Below are positions 32,887 through 42,814 of a DNA stretch of 64,000 nt, piece by piece. Below the pieces are notes generated by a model. It was not told the DNA's origin and did not search any database. It saw only the letters and a program-made list of their open reading frames with translations. Both the position numbers and the translations under genes were made by a program. This stretch comes from an uncultured delta proteobacterium (lineage in GTDB: Bacteria > Desulfobacterota > Binatia > DP-6). The stretch lies in assembly GCA_963815115.1 (NCBI GenBank), contig CAWFFN010000009.1, positions 224,001-288,000 of the forward strand, written 5' to 3'. The stretch's first letter is position 1. Every line of letters begins with the position of its first letter.

Positions 32887-34392
32887 GTGCCGGCTCCCGA
32901 CGTCATCGTCATCGGCTCGGGCTTCGGCGGTGCGGTCAGCGCCGCCCGGCTCGCGGAGCGCGGACTCCGCGTGCTCGTGCTCGAGCGCGGCCCGTGGTGG
33001 GGTCCCGCCGGAGATGGGCAGCCGCCCGCCGAGCGACGCGAATTTCCGCGCGGCGTGCTCGGCCTCCGCAAGCTGCTTCGGGGCGTTCGATGGGCGCGTG
33101 GCCGGCGGGGCCGCGACGTCCTGCTCAACGTCGACGGCCTGTTCGAGCTGCACGCGTTCGAGCACCTCGACGTCGTCACCGGCAGCGGCGTCGGTGGCGG
33201 CTCGCTGATCTACACCAACGTCCTCGAGGCGCCCGACGACGAGTTCTTCGCGGCCGCGTTTCCTCCCGAGCTCTCGGCCGCCGAGATGCGGCCGTACGTC
33301 GAGCGGGTGCGTGCGCTCCTGCGTCCCGTCCCGCTGCCCGAGCCGCGGCCGGAGAAGAACCGCGTCTTCGAGCGTGCGGTGCACGGGGCTGGCCTCGGGG
33401 ACCCGCGCTACCCCGAGCTCGCGATCCGCTTCGGCGACGACCCGATGGAGCGGCGGCCCGCTCCGAACGCGGCGGGCGTCCTGCAGAACACGTGCACGCA
33501 CTGCGGCTGCTGCGTCGTCGGCTGTCCGGAGCGTGCCAAGACCACGATGGATCTGACCTACGTGCCGGTGGCACTGCGGCACGGCGCCGAGCTCCGCCCG
33601 CTGTGCGAGGTGGTGGCGATCGGTCCTCACGATGGCGGCTATCGCGTGCGCTATCGGGACCACCGCGGCGGGGCGTTGCGCCAGGAGGACGCGGCGCGGG
33701 TGATCCTCGCAGCCGGCTGCCTCAACACCATGCGCCTCCTCTTCCAGGCCCGCGACCGGCACCGCACGCTGCCGGACCTGCCGCCGGCGCTCGGCAGGCA
33801 CTTCTCGCCCAACGCGGACCTGCTCGGCCTCGTCCTCGACACGCCCGCACTGGAGCGTGGCGATCAGGGACCGGCGCTCAACGCGTTCGTTCGCGTCGAG
33901 CACGAGGGCCGCCTGCGATTCATCGTCGGCGAGGTCGGCCTGCCGCTGGGTGCGTTCCGGCTCCCGGCGGTCGTCCGCCGCCGGCTCGCACGGACCGCGG
34001 GCCTGATCGCCATGGGACGCGACGCCTCCAGCGGGACCATCGCGTACGACGGCCGCGGGCTCCGCACCGGGACCGGGCGCGCCATCGACCCGGCGCTGTT
34101 CGCCGACATCGAGCGCACGATGGATCAGGTCGCAGCCGCCTACCGGCCTCGCCGGACATGGCTCAACGCCCCGTCCGGCCGTGGCGCGGCGCGGCTCGCC
34201 ACGGTTCATCCCCTCGGCGGCTGTGCCGTGGGACGCACGCCGGAGGACGGCGTCGTCGACCACCGCGGACAGGTCTTCGGGCATCCGGGACTCTACGTCG
34301 CCGACGGGTCCCTCTACCCGCGATCGCCCGGCGTTCCTCCGTCGCTGACCATCGCGGCGCTGGCCGAGCGCCAGGCCGCGCTCATGGAGTGA
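32887..34392 (+). CDS. GMC oxidoreductase (cholesterol oxidase-like)
   Basis: VIGSGFGG, GSGVGGGSLIY, CTHCGCCVVGC, TVHPLGG, PSLTIAALAER. Confidence 0.9.
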   Translation: MPAPDVIVIGSGFGGAVSAARLAERGLRVLVLERGPWWGPAGDGQPPAERREFPRGVLGLRKLLRGVRWARGRRGRDVLLNVDGLFELHAFEHLDVVTGSGVGGGSLIYTNVLEAPDDEFFAAAFPPELSAAEMRPYVERVRALLRPVPLPEPRPEKNRVFERAVHGAGLGDPRYPELAIRFGDDPMERRPAPNAAGVLQNTCTHCGCCVVGCPERAKTTMDLTYVPVALRHGAELRPLCEVVAIGPHDGGYRVRYRDHRGGALRQEDAARVILAAGCLNTMRLLFQARDRHRTLPDLPPALGRHFSPNADLLGLVLDTPALERGDQGPALNAFVRVEHEGRLRFIVGEVGLPLGAFRLPAVVRRRLARTAGLIAMGRDASSGTIAYDGRGLRTGTGRAIDPALFADIERTMDQVAAAYRPRRTWLNAPSGRGAARLATVHPLGGCAVGRTPEDGVVDHRGQVFGHPGLYVADGSLYPRSPGVPPSLTIAALAERQAALME

Positions 34393-34395
34393 GCC

Positions 34396-34899
34396 ATGAC
34401 CCAGGCAATCGCCGCCGCCGACATCGCCGTGGACTCCCGCTCCCTCGCCCGGCGCTCGCGTGCCGACCTCGATCGGCTGTTCGCGAGCCTGACAGCTCCG
34501 TCCCTCACCCAGCTCGCGGGCACGCTGCGCGGGACGGTCGTCGATCTGGTCGGCCTCGGCCGGCTGCCGCCCGGGCTGCGCTCGGCCCTCCTCGCTGCAC
34601 TGCGCGGGCCCATCGGCGTCTGGCGTGGCAAGCGGTTCGCCGGATCGCGCGGGACGAACGTGTGGGGAGCGGGTCGTTTCGAGCGCCTCTTCGCGGCGTT
34701 CCGCGTCGACGCCGGGCCGGCCATCGACGGGAGCGGGTCGTGCGTGCGGCTCGACTACGACGTGGAGGAGAACCCGCTGCCGGTGCGTGCCATCCTGGGC
34801 GAGCTGCGCGCTCTCGGTCCCGGCCTGCTCCTCGGCCGCATGCACTATCGCGCCGGATCCGCCACGGCCTGCGTGCTCTACTTCACGCTCGAGGCCTGA
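34396..34899 (+). CDS. Hypothetical protein co-transcribed with the GMC oxidase
   Basis: WRGKRF...LDYDVEENP...YFTLE; 3 nt downstream of the GMC stop. Confidence 0.7.
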   Translation: MTQAIAAADIAVDSRSLARRSRADLDRLFASLTAPSLTQLAGTLRGTVVDLVGLGRLPPGLRSALLAALRGPIGVWRGKRFAGSRGTNVWGAGRFERLFAAFRVDAGPAIDGSGSCVRLDYDVEENPLPVRAILGELRALGPGLLLGRMHYRAGSATACVLYFTLEA

Positions 34900-34949
34900 A
34901 TCGCCGCGGCTTGCCACGTCAGAACCGATCCCCTAGCTTCATTCGGGCG

Positions 34950-35387
34950 ATGCCCCTCGAGTTCGACCCCGCGATCCTCGGCCAGGAGTTCGATCGTACG
35001 CAGCACGAGCCGGTGAGCGCCGACGAGCTTATCGCCTTCTCCCGAGCCCTCGGCGAGACCGCGCCGTGCTACGTCGAGCCGGGTCCCGACCTGATCGGCC
35101 ACCCGACCCACTGCGTGCGCTTCAGGGGCCGGAAGTTCTTTCCCGAGGACCTGCCGGCGGGGCTGCGGCTTCGCATGAGCTTCGACGCGGGGAAGGACAT
35201 CGAGCTCGGGGTGCCTCTCCGGCCCGGCGATCGGATCACCGTGGTCTCCACGCTCCATGAAATCTACGAGAAGACCGGTCGCAGCGGCAGCATGGTGTTC
35301 GTCGTGATCCGCTTCACCCTCTCCAACGAGCGGGGCGAGATGGTGGCGACGATCGACAACCGAATGATGTACCGGGGGGAGGCCTAG
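34950..35387 (+). CDS. MaoC-like dehydratase subunit (hotdog fold)
   Basis: PLRPGDRIT...YEKTGRSGSMVFV...NERGE. Confidence 0.85.
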   Translation: MPLEFDPAILGQEFDRTQHEPVSADELIAFSRALGETAPCYVEPGPDLIGHPTHCVRFRGRKFFPEDLPAGLRLRMSFDAGKDIELGVPLRPGDRITVVSTLHEIYEKTGRSGSMVFVVIRFTLSNERGEMVATIDNRMMYRGEA

Positions 35388-35388
35388 C

Positions 35389-35802
35389 GTGCCTCCGAAC
35401 CGCCGCTTCGACGACGTTCTCGAGGGCGACGAGCTCGGGCCGGTGACCCGCTTCCTGTCGAAGGACGAGGTGCGCGCCTACGCGCGGGCCAGCGAGATAT
35501 ACTTCCCTCGCTTCACCGACGACGAGGGCGCGCGGCAGGAGGGCCTGCCGGGGATGATCACGCCAGGCAACATGAGCATGGGGCTGCTCGGCACCCTGAT
35601 CGACGGCTGGGCCGGTCCCGGAGGCCTCAAGCGGCTCGGCACGACGTTTCGAGGGCTGGTCCTTCCCGGGCGCACGATCCGCCTGTGCGGCGCCGTGACG
35701 CAGAAGGATGAGGCCACCAGAACGGTGGAGCTCGACGTCTGGCTCGAGAGCGACGAGGGTGAGCGGCTGGTGGTCGGCACCGCGTCGGTGGAGCTGCCAT
35801 GA
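35389..35802 (+). CDS. MaoC family dehydratase
   Basis: GDELGP...YARAS...ARQEGLPGMI.PG...FRGLVLPG. Confidence 0.8.
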   Translation: MPPNRRFDDVLEGDELGPVTRFLSKDEVRAYARASEIYFPRFTDDEGARQEGLPGMITPGNMSMGLLGTLIDGWAGPGGLKRLGTTFRGLVLPGRTIRLCGAVTQKDEATRTVELDVWLESDEGERLVVGTASVELP

Positions 35803-35878
35803 AGGTCCGAGACCACCTTGTGTTCCCTTCGATCGCTGGGCTATAGCCGATCAGAGGTTCGATCGGGCGCGGCGAGGT

Positions 35879-36694
35879 ATGGGCGTGAGTCAAACAGCAT
35901 CGCCGACCCCCATCGCGACAGCGGAGGCCATCCCTGGCGCCGATCCCTTCGGTCTGGATCGCGAGCTGCGCGAGCTCGTGTTGCCAGCGTTCCGCTTCCT
36001 GCACGATCGCTACTGGCGTGTCGACGTCACCGGCGCGGACCACGTGCCGGCCGAGGGCCCGGTGTTGCTGGTCGCCAATCACTCCGGCGCCCTGCCCTTC
36101 GACGGTGCGATGATCGTGACCGCGCTCGAGCTGCAGCGCGGCCGTGCCGTGCGCTTCCTCTACGACCGCTTCGTCGAGACGCTGCCGCCGCTCGACTCCT
36201 TCTACCGCAAGATGGGCGGAGTCGTCGCCTCGCGCGAGAACGCGCAGGAGCTTCTGCGTCTGGGGGAGCCCGTGCTCCTCTTCCCCGAGGGCATCTCCGG
36301 CGTCGCAAAGCCCTTCAGCGAGCGCTATCGCCTGCGGCCCTTCAGCCCCGGGTTCGCGCGCCTCTCGATGGCACTCGACGTGCCGGTGGTGCCGGTGGCG
36401 GTCGTCGGGGCGGAGGAGATCTACCCGCTGGTCGGACGGGCCGAGGGCGTCGGCAAGGCGCTCGGTATGCCGTACCTGCCCATCACTCCGTTCTTCCCGC
36501 TCCTGGGCCTTCTCGGCGCGCTTCCCCTGCCGACGAAGTGGTTCGTGCGCTTCGGCAAGCCCGTCCGGCTCGCCGCGGGTAGCGAGGACAGCGCCTACCT
36601 TCGTGCGCGCAACGAGGCGGTGCGCGTGAGGCGGCGGTTGCAGGCGATGGTGACCCGGCTGAAGAGCCGGCGGCGATCGGTGTTCTTCGGATGA
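35879..36694 (+). CDS. Lysophospholipid acyltransferase (PlsC-like)
   Basis: LVANHSGALPFD, LFPEG, VVPVAVVGAEE. Confidence 0.9.
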   Translation: MGVSQTASPTPIATAEAIPGADPFGLDRELRELVLPAFRFLHDRYWRVDVTGADHVPAEGPVLLVANHSGALPFDGAMIVTALELQRGRAVRFLYDRFVETLPPLDSFYRKMGGVVASRENAQELLRLGEPVLLFPEGISGVAKPFSERYRLRPFSPGFARLSMALDVPVVPVAVVGAEEIYPLVGRAEGVGKALGMPYLPITPFFPLLGLLGALPLPTKWFVRFGKPVRLAAGSEDSAYLRARNEAVRVRRRLQAMVTRLKSRRRSVFFG

Positions 36695-36921
36695 CACCCA
36701 ATCCCAGCGGCGCCCCGCCCACCTACCTGCGCGTGGGCGCCGGCGTCTACCCGGTCTACGGCGACGAGCTGCGTGGCTGGAGCCCGCGCGCCGACGACTT
36801 CCAGGGCATGGGCGCCTGGTCCCCGTACGTGTACCAATCACTCGACGAGCTCTTCTTCGCACTGGTCAACCTGTGCGTCAGCGGCGGCGCCGCTCGTCGG
36901 GGAAGACAGCGCTCGCACTAG
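36691..36921 (+). CDS. Small hypothetical protein (76 aa)
   Basis: ATGA overlap with the acyltransferase stop; strong G/C third-position bias. Confidence 0.55.
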   Translation: MTPNPSGAPPTYLRVGAGVYPVYGDELRGWSPRADDFQGMGAWSPYVYQSLDELFFALVNLCVSGGAARRGRQRSH

Positions 36922-36958
36922 CGCGGGTCGCTGGAGCGGGGTTGATGGGCGGCTGCGC

Positions 36959-38314
36959 TCAGCCGTCGCTCTCGTTGTCGCGTTGCGCGGCGGCCGCGAT
37001 CACGTCGAGTGCGGCGAGGCGTCCGAGGCCGAGGGCCGTCAGCGCGTCGAGTCCGCTCCGCCGCGGGGCGGATGCCTGGGCCGCGAGCCCTGCCGTCACT
37101 CCGCCCGTAGCGTAGAGACGCGGGATCGCCTGGCCGGCGGGATCGAGGACGCGCGCGTGCGCATCGACCACGAGCCCTCCGAGGGTCCGCAGCCTCGCGC
37201 CCGTGACCCGGATGGCACGCAGCGGCGCCTCGAGTCCACGTGGCCGTCCCGCGGCGCTCTCCGCCACCGCACGCTCCAGGCCGGCGGCATCCAGCTCGAG
37301 CTGCTTGGCCAGATCGACCGCGGTGCTTCCGCGGCGCCCGGCGCGCGGCAGGACGACGTGCTCGATGAAGGGATCGGTACCGGCCTCGGCCGCGATGCGG
37401 TCGTCGAACACGAGATAGGCAACGTGACCCGGCTGCGCCCGGACCTCCTGCGCCAGGGCGAGCGGGCTGGCGCTCTCCTCGGAGAAACGCCGCCCGGCCT
37501 GGTTCACCAGGATGGCTCCCAGGTCCACCAGCACCGGAGGAACCTCGAGCTGGGCCGGCAGCGCGAACAGTGCGGTCACCTGGCAACGCTCCAGGTCGCG
37601 GGTCCGGGCTCCGACCTGCGATGCCAACCGGAGACCGTCACCGGTGGCCGAGGCGGGGCCGAGAAGCGGCAGCGCCGATGCTCCGCCGCAATGCTCCGTC
37701 ACGAGGGCGTCGTCGGCGACGAATCCGCCGCAGGCGAGGAGAACACGACCGGCGATGGTGGGAGCCCCGCGCCGATCCGGCTTCACGGCGACGCCCGTAA
37801 CGGCGTCGTTCTCGCGCAGCAGCTCGGTGACCTCGGTCCCCGTGCGCAGGCGGACGCGATGGTGGCGGCTCACCACGCGCCCCAGCGCCGCGACCAGGCT
37901 CGCGCCGCCCTGCTCGGCACAGGCGTGTAGCCGCGGCACGGTGACCTCGCCAGAACCTGCCCTGACGAGCTGGAAGGGCGCTCCGCAGCGGTCGGCGAGC
38001 CACTCCACCAGCGGTCCGCTCTGCTTCGCCAGCGCCCGGACGACCTCTTCGGACTCCGGCCCGGCCTCGCCGGCGAGCAGGTCGGTGGCGAAGCGGCCGG
38101 GATCGTCGGTCACGCCGGCGGCGTGCTGCCAGCGGGTACTTGCGGCGGCCACCGACTCGGGCGTCAAGGCGGCGCCCCCGCCGAGGTCCTTGCCGCGCTC
38201 GACGACGACGACCTGGCAGCCGCGGTCCGCGGCGATGATCGCGGCGGCGAGGCCCCCCACGCTGGCCCCGACCACGATCATGTCTGCGCCTTCACGCCGG
38301 TCCGCCGATGGCAT
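36959..38314 (-). CDS. FAD-binding oxidoreductase (fumarate reductase/3-ketosteroid dehydrogenase superfamily), divergent
   Basis: IVVGASVGG, LACGGF, ATGDG, ILVNQAGRRF..E, TLGGL.VD, PRLYATG. Confidence 0.8.
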   Translation of the reverse strand: MPSADRREGADMIVVGASVGGLAAAIIAADRGCQVVVVERGKDLGGGAALTPESVAAASTRWQHAAGVTDDPGRFATDLLAGEAGPESEEVVRALAKQSGPLVEWLADRCGAPFQLVRAGSGEVTVPRLHACAEQGGASLVAALGRVVSRHHRVRLRTGTEVTELLRENDAVTGVAVKPDRRGAPTIAGRVLLACGGFVADDALVTEHCGGASALPLLGPASATGDGLRLASQVGARTRDLERCQVTALFALPAQLEVPPVLVDLGAILVNQAGRRFSEESASPLALAQEVRAQPGHVAYLVFDDRIAAEAGTDPFIEHVVLPRAGRRGSTAVDLAKQLELDAAGLERAVAESAAGRPRGLEAPLRAIRVTGARLRTLGGLVVDAHARVLDPAGQAIPRLYATGGVTAGLAAQASAPRRSGLDALTALGLGRLAALDVIAAAAQRDNESDG

Positions 38315-38420
38315 CGGCGAGCGCCTTAGCCGGGGGGGGCGCGCGAAGTCAAGGAAGGGTAATCGGAAGGCAAGCGGAACGGGAGTTTGAAAAACACGTG
38401 ACACGAGAGAGAATCGCGCC

Positions 38421-39380
38421 ATGCCCCGGCTCCGGGTGGTCACCCACGCTGCGCTGCGAGTGGCCATCAGCGCCGCCGTGGTGAGCTACATCCTGGTGGA
38501 TGTCGACCGCCACGACCTGTGGGCCGCCCTGTCCGCCGTCAGGATGTCCAGTCTCGTGCTGCCCCTGACCCTGTTTCTCGCCGGACAGTGCCTCAGCGCG
38601 GTCAAGTGGTGGATGCTCGGCTCGTCGGTCGGGCTGGTGCGTCCGCTCTCGGACTACGTGCGCTTCTACTTCATCGGCATGTTCCTGAACGTGTTCGGGC
38701 TCAGCACGATCGGCGGCGACGTGGTGCGCGGCCTCTACCTCGGTGACGGCGACCGGCCGGGACTGGCCCTCAATTCCGTGCTCTTCGATCGCGTGAGCGG
38801 CCTCGCCGTCCTGATGGCGATGGGCGCGGCCGCGCTGCTGGCATTCCCGGAGTATCACCTCCCCTGGCCGCTGAGCGCCGCGTGCATCGTCGGGGGAATC
38901 CTCCTGGTGGTGGGCTGGTGGACGTGTCCCCGGCTGGTGCGCTTCCTTCCCCCGCGCAATCGTTTCCGCCGCCAGGTGGAGAACGAGCTGGAGCCGTTCT
39001 GGCGCGACCGCGGCCTGCTCCTCCGGGTGAGCGCGCTGTCGGCGATCTTCCACCTGTCGCAGGTCGGCGTGCAGTACCTCCTGGCGCGGGCCGCCGGGAC
39101 GGCCCTGTCCTTCTCCTACTGCCTGGTCATGCATCCGATCCTGAGCCTGATGATGTCGCTGCCCCTCAGCGTGGGCGGCTTCGGTGTGCGCGAGGGCGGC
39201 TATCTCTACTTCCTCACGCGACTCGACATCGACGATTCGATCGCGGTGACGATGGGCCTGCTCTGGTGGCTGATGACGGCGCTCAGCGGACTCGCGGGAC
39301 TGCTCGTCTTCCTCGCTTCGGGCGCCGAGCTCCCCCGCTTGCGGGCACGCTCGTCGGAGCGCCTGCGCGGCGCCGCCTGA
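38421..39380 (+). CDS. Lysylphosphatidylglycerol synthase TM-domain (flippase-like) protein
   Basis: FIGMFLN...IGGDVVR...FDRVSG...PLSVGGFGVREG. Confidence 0.85.
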   Translation: MPRLRVVTHAALRVAISAAVVSYILVDVDRHDLWAALSAVRMSSLVLPLTLFLAGQCLSAVKWWMLGSSVGLVRPLSDYVRFYFIGMFLNVFGLSTIGGDVVRGLYLGDGDRPGLALNSVLFDRVSGLAVLMAMGAAALLAFPEYHLPWPLSAACIVGGILLVVGWWTCPRLVRFLPPRNRFRRQVENELEPFWRDRGLLLRVSALSAIFHLSQVGVQYLLARAAGTALSFSYCLVMHPILSLMMSLPLSVGGFGVREGGYLYFLTRLDIDDSIAVTMGLLWWLMTALSGLAGLLVFLASGAELPRLRARSSERLRGAA

Positions 39381-40502
39381 TCAGTTGCCTTCGCCCGCCA
39401 GGGTCAGCGCCGACAGGGTCACCTCGGCCGCGGCCACCATGTCGCTCACCCGGAGCCACTCCGTGGTGGTGTGGATGTCGCGCATCCCGGTGCCGAGGTT
39501 CACCACCTCGAAACCCCGCCGGTTCAAGATGTTGGCGTCACAGCCGCCGCCCATGCGAGCCGAACGCACTGGATGCCCGACGCGCTCCGCGGCGATACGG
39601 AGCAGCCGGAGCACCGGCGCATCGTCCCCGACGTTCATCGGGTCGTACATCGGCTCGACGCTCACCTCGACCTGCGCCCCGGGATGGCGGGCCGCCGCCT
39701 CCTCGAAGCAGGAGCGCATGTGGGCGCTCTGGCTGGCGAGCCGCGCGAGGTCGTGGCTGCGCGCCTCGCCGCGGATTCGCACCTCGTCGGGGACGATGTT
39801 GGTGGCGCGACCACCGTGAATGACGCCCAGATTCGCGGTGGTCTCCGGATCGATCCGGCCGAGACGCATGGCCACGATCGCCTCCGAGGCAACGCGGATG
39901 GCGCTGACGCCGCGCTCGGGAGCCATGCCGGCATGCGCCGCACGCCCGCGCACGACGGCCTCGATGCGCTGCGACCCGGGCGCTCGCGTGAACACGCAGC
40001 CCGGGACGTCGCTGTCGAACACCAGGCCGCGCCGGGCCGCGAGCTGCGCGATGTCGAGGTGACGGGCGCCGAGCAGGCCGAGCTCCTCGCAGATGGTGAA
40101 CACGACGTCGATCGGCGGGTGCGGGAGCCCGCGCTCGCGTACCGCGCGCACGGCCTCGCAGACGATCGCGATCCCCGACTTGTCGTCGCCGCCCAGCACC
40201 GTCGTGCCGTCGCTGCGGATGACGTCATCCTCGACCACCGGATGGACGCCGATCCCGGGCTCGACCGTGTCCATGTGCGCGCACAGCAGGAACGGGCGCG
40301 CCTCGACCGTTCCCGGCAGGCGGGCGATCAGGTTCCCGACCTCCCCGCCGACGGCTGCGTCCGCCCGGTCGAACGCCACGCTCGCGCCGAGCTCTCGCAT
40401 CTCCCGGGCGAGGCGCTCGGCGATGCGGCCTTCGCGGCGCGACAGGCTGTCGATCTGCACCAGCTCGAGGAAGAGGGACTTGAGCCGGTCGCCCTGGATC
40501 AC
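39381..40502 (-). CDS. M20 family peptidase T-like metallohydrolase
   Basis: AHMDTV, LGGDDKSG, TICEELGL, GRAAHAG, GGGCDAN, IHTTTE. Confidence 0.9.
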   Translation of the reverse strand: MIQGDRLKSLFLELVQIDSLSRREGRIAERLAREMRELGASVAFDRADAAVGGEVGNLIARLPGTVEARPFLLCAHMDTVEPGIGVHPVVEDDVIRSDGTTVLGGDDKSGIAIVCEAVRAVRERGLPHPPIDVVFTICEELGLLGARHLDIAQLAARRGLVFDSDVPGCVFTRAPGSQRIEAVVRGRAAHAGMAPERGVSAIRVASEAIVAMRLGRIDPETTANLGVIHGGRATNIVPDEVRIRGEARSHDLARLASQSAHMRSCFEEAAARHPGAQVEVSVEPMYDPMNVGDDAPVLRLLRIAAERVGHPVRSARMGGGCDANILNRRGFEVVNLGTGMRDIHTTTEWLRVSDMVAAAEVTLSALTLAGEGN

Positions 40503-40587
40503 GCCGGCACGATTGGCAGACGAGCATGGCACGGTCAACGAGGGCGTCGCGCTTGTCGGCACCGGGACGGACACGTATCGTGCCGCG

Positions 40588-41577
40588 ATGCCCGGGGGCG
40601 TAGCGGTCGAGCCGGTGCTGATCGCCGGTGCGGGAGCGCTCGGGTCGGTCGTGGGCGGTCTGCTGGCGGCACGGGGCGTTGCGGTGACGCTCCTCGGCCG
40701 CGCCGACCATCTCGAACCGGTGCGGCGCGCCGGGCTGCGCATCGAGGGGCTCTTCGGTGACCACCTCGTGCGGGAGATCGGCTGCGTCACCGATGCGGCA
40801 GCGCTGCGAGGTCGCTTCGGGACCGTCTTCCTCAGCGTCAAGTCCTGGGACACCGCTGCGATGGCCAGCGCGGTCGCGCCGCACCTCGCGTCCGACGGGC
40901 ATCTCGTGTCGCTGCAGAACGGGCTGGGCAACCTCGAGCGCATCGCTGCGGCCGTCGGCGACGGGCGGGTGCTCGGCGCCCGGGTCATCTTCGGGGCCGA
41001 GGTGGTCGAGCCCGGTCGCGTGCGCGTCACCGTCGAGGCGGCCCCGGTGCTGGTCGGCAGCCCCGACCCGGCCGATGGCCGGCGGGTCGCGGCGGCCGTG
41101 CGCTGGGCGGCGGCGCTGCGCGCCGCCGGCATCCCCGCGGAGCCGACCACGTCCTTGCTGGCGGAGCTGTGGGCCAAGGTCTTCTACAACGCCGCCCTCA
41201 ACCCGCTCGGGACGCTGCTCGGCGTGCCGTACGGCCGACTGCCGGAAGATCCGGACGCGCGCGCGATCATGGACGACGCCATCGCGGAGGCCTTCGCCGT
41301 CGCGCGCGCCGAAGGCGTCGAGCTGGCGTGGCCCGACGCAGGATCCTACCGCGCGCTGTTCTACCGCACGCTGGTGCCCTTGACCGCTCGTCACCGCTCG
41401 TCGATGCTGCAAGACCTCGAGCGCGGCCGGCCCACCGAGATCGATGCCATCAACGGCTACGTGGCGGCGCGCGGCGCCGCGCTCGCAATCCCCACGCCGG
41501 TCAACGCCACCCTCACCCGCATGATCCGGGCGCGCGTCCGCCACCCGCGTCGCAGCGAGGAGCCATGGACCCACTGA
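40588..41577 (+). CDS. panE: 2-dehydropantoate 2-reductase
   Basis: GAGALGS, VKSWD, LQNGLG, WAKVFYNAALN, SSMLQDL..GRPTEIDAING. Confidence 0.92.
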   Translation: MPGGVAVEPVLIAGAGALGSVVGGLLAARGVAVTLLGRADHLEPVRRAGLRIEGLFGDHLVREIGCVTDAAALRGRFGTVFLSVKSWDTAAMASAVAPHLASDGHLVSLQNGLGNLERIAAAVGDGRVLGARVIFGAEVVEPGRVRVTVEAAPVLVGSPDPADGRRVAAAVRWAAALRAAGIPAEPTTSLLAELWAKVFYNAALNPLGTLLGVPYGRLPEDPDARAIMDDAIAEAFAVARAEGVELAWPDAGSYRALFYRTLVPLTARHRSSMLQDLERGRPTEIDAINGYVAARGAALAIPTPVNATLTRMIRARVRHPRRSEEPWTH

Positions 41578-42032
41578 AGCTCGATCGCTCCGCGCTCGAC
41601 GAGATGCTGGCCCACGCGCGCGAGACTCACCCCGACGAGTGCTGCGGCGCGCTGGTGACGCGTGCCGGCAGCGACCGGGTGCTCCGCTTCACCAACATCC
41701 AGAACCGTCTCCATGCCGAGAACCCCGCCGACTACCCGCGCAGCGCTGCCACCGCGTACACTCCCGAGCCGCGCGAGCTGCTGGCGGCGATTCGCGCCGG
41801 CGAGGAGCCGGGAGCCCGCCTGTCGGTATTCTATCACTCGCACGCGGTGAACGGCTCGTATTTCTCGGGCGAGGATCGGGCCCGTGCGCTCTTCGGGGAC
41901 GAGCCGGCATACCCCGACGTGACGTACGTGGTCGTGAGCGACGCTCGGGCGCGGGGCGAGGCCCGGGCGTTCCGCTGGAGCGACGAGGCGCACGACTTCG
42001 CCGAGGTGGCGATCGAGGTGCGCGAGACGTGA
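41565..42032 (+). CDS. JAB/MPN (M67, Mec-like) metallopeptidase
   Basis: HPDECCG ... YHSH..GSYFSGED (JAMM motif E, HxH, S, D). Confidence 0.9.
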   Translation: MDPLKLDRSALDEMLAHARETHPDECCGALVTRAGSDRVLRFTNIQNRLHAENPADYPRSAATAYTPEPRELLAAIRAGEEPGARLSVFYHSHAVNGSYFSGEDRARALFGDEPAYPDVTYVVVSDARARGEARAFRWSDEAHDFAEVAIEVRET

Positions 42033-42808
42033 CCGCGGAGGGTGAGGCGCGGCCGCGCGAGCGCGACCTGGGCACCGTGGTGGGCGGCGTCACGCTGCCG
42101 TTCAGTGCCATGAATGCGGCCGGGTCGGTCACCGCGATGAACGACGTGCGCGCGCTGGCGCAGTCCCGTTCCGGCGCCGTCGTGCTGCACACGGCCACGG
42201 TGCACCCCTTCGTCCATCGCGAGTTCCGCTCGTTGCAGAACCCCGGCTTCGACAAGCTCGCCCCGCTCGCGCGCGAGCTGGCGGCGAGCGGTTCCCCGCC
42301 GGTGGTGGCGAGCATCGCCGGGAGCTCGATCGAGGAGTTCGTCTTCCTCGCGCGCGCCTTCGCCGGCGCCGGTGTGGCGGCCGTGGAGCTGAACCTGGGC
42401 GAGCCGTGGGTCGAGGCTACGCTCGCGCCGTGCGAGCGCGGCGGCGCGCTCGAGGAGCTCGCGACACGGACGCGGGAGGCGAGCGTGGCGCCGGTCTGGA
42501 TCCGCCTTCCGGAGCGCTGCGCGCTGCCGTATCGTGACACGGTGGCGGCGCTCGTCGCCGGTGGCGTGCGCGCGGTCGTCGTGCGCAACGAGTTCACCGG
42601 ATTCGAGAAGCTGCTGCTCGAGGCCGGCGTGCCGCTCGACGTGATCGCGCTCGGCAACATCAATTCCGGCTACGATGTCTCGCGCGCCCTCGCGAAGGGC
42701 GCGAAGGCGGTGCAGGTGGGGCCCGTGCTGGGTCCCGGCGGGGTCGGTATCTTCGGGCGCCTCGAGCGCGAGATGCGGATCGCGCGCCGCGAGCGCCCCG
42801 GAGGGTGA
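42029..42808 (+). CDS. Dihydroorotate dehydrogenase-like FMN TIM-barrel protein, degenerate
   Basis: MNAAG, VVASIAG, VELNL, GAKAVQVG; the catalytic SCPN loop reads GEPW. Confidence 0.7.
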   Translation: MTAEGEARPRERDLGTVVGGVTLPFSAMNAAGSVTAMNDVRALAQSRSGAVVLHTATVHPFVHREFRSLQNPGFDKLAPLARELAASGSPPVVASIAGSSIEEFVFLARAFAGAGVAAVELNLGEPWVEATLAPCERGGALEELATRTREASVAPVWIRLPERCALPYRDTVAALVAGGVRAVVVRNEFTGFEKLLLEAGVPLDVIALGNINSGYDVSRALAKGAKAVQVGPVLGPGGVGIFGRLEREMRIARRERPGG

Positions 42809-42814
42809 GAGCGC

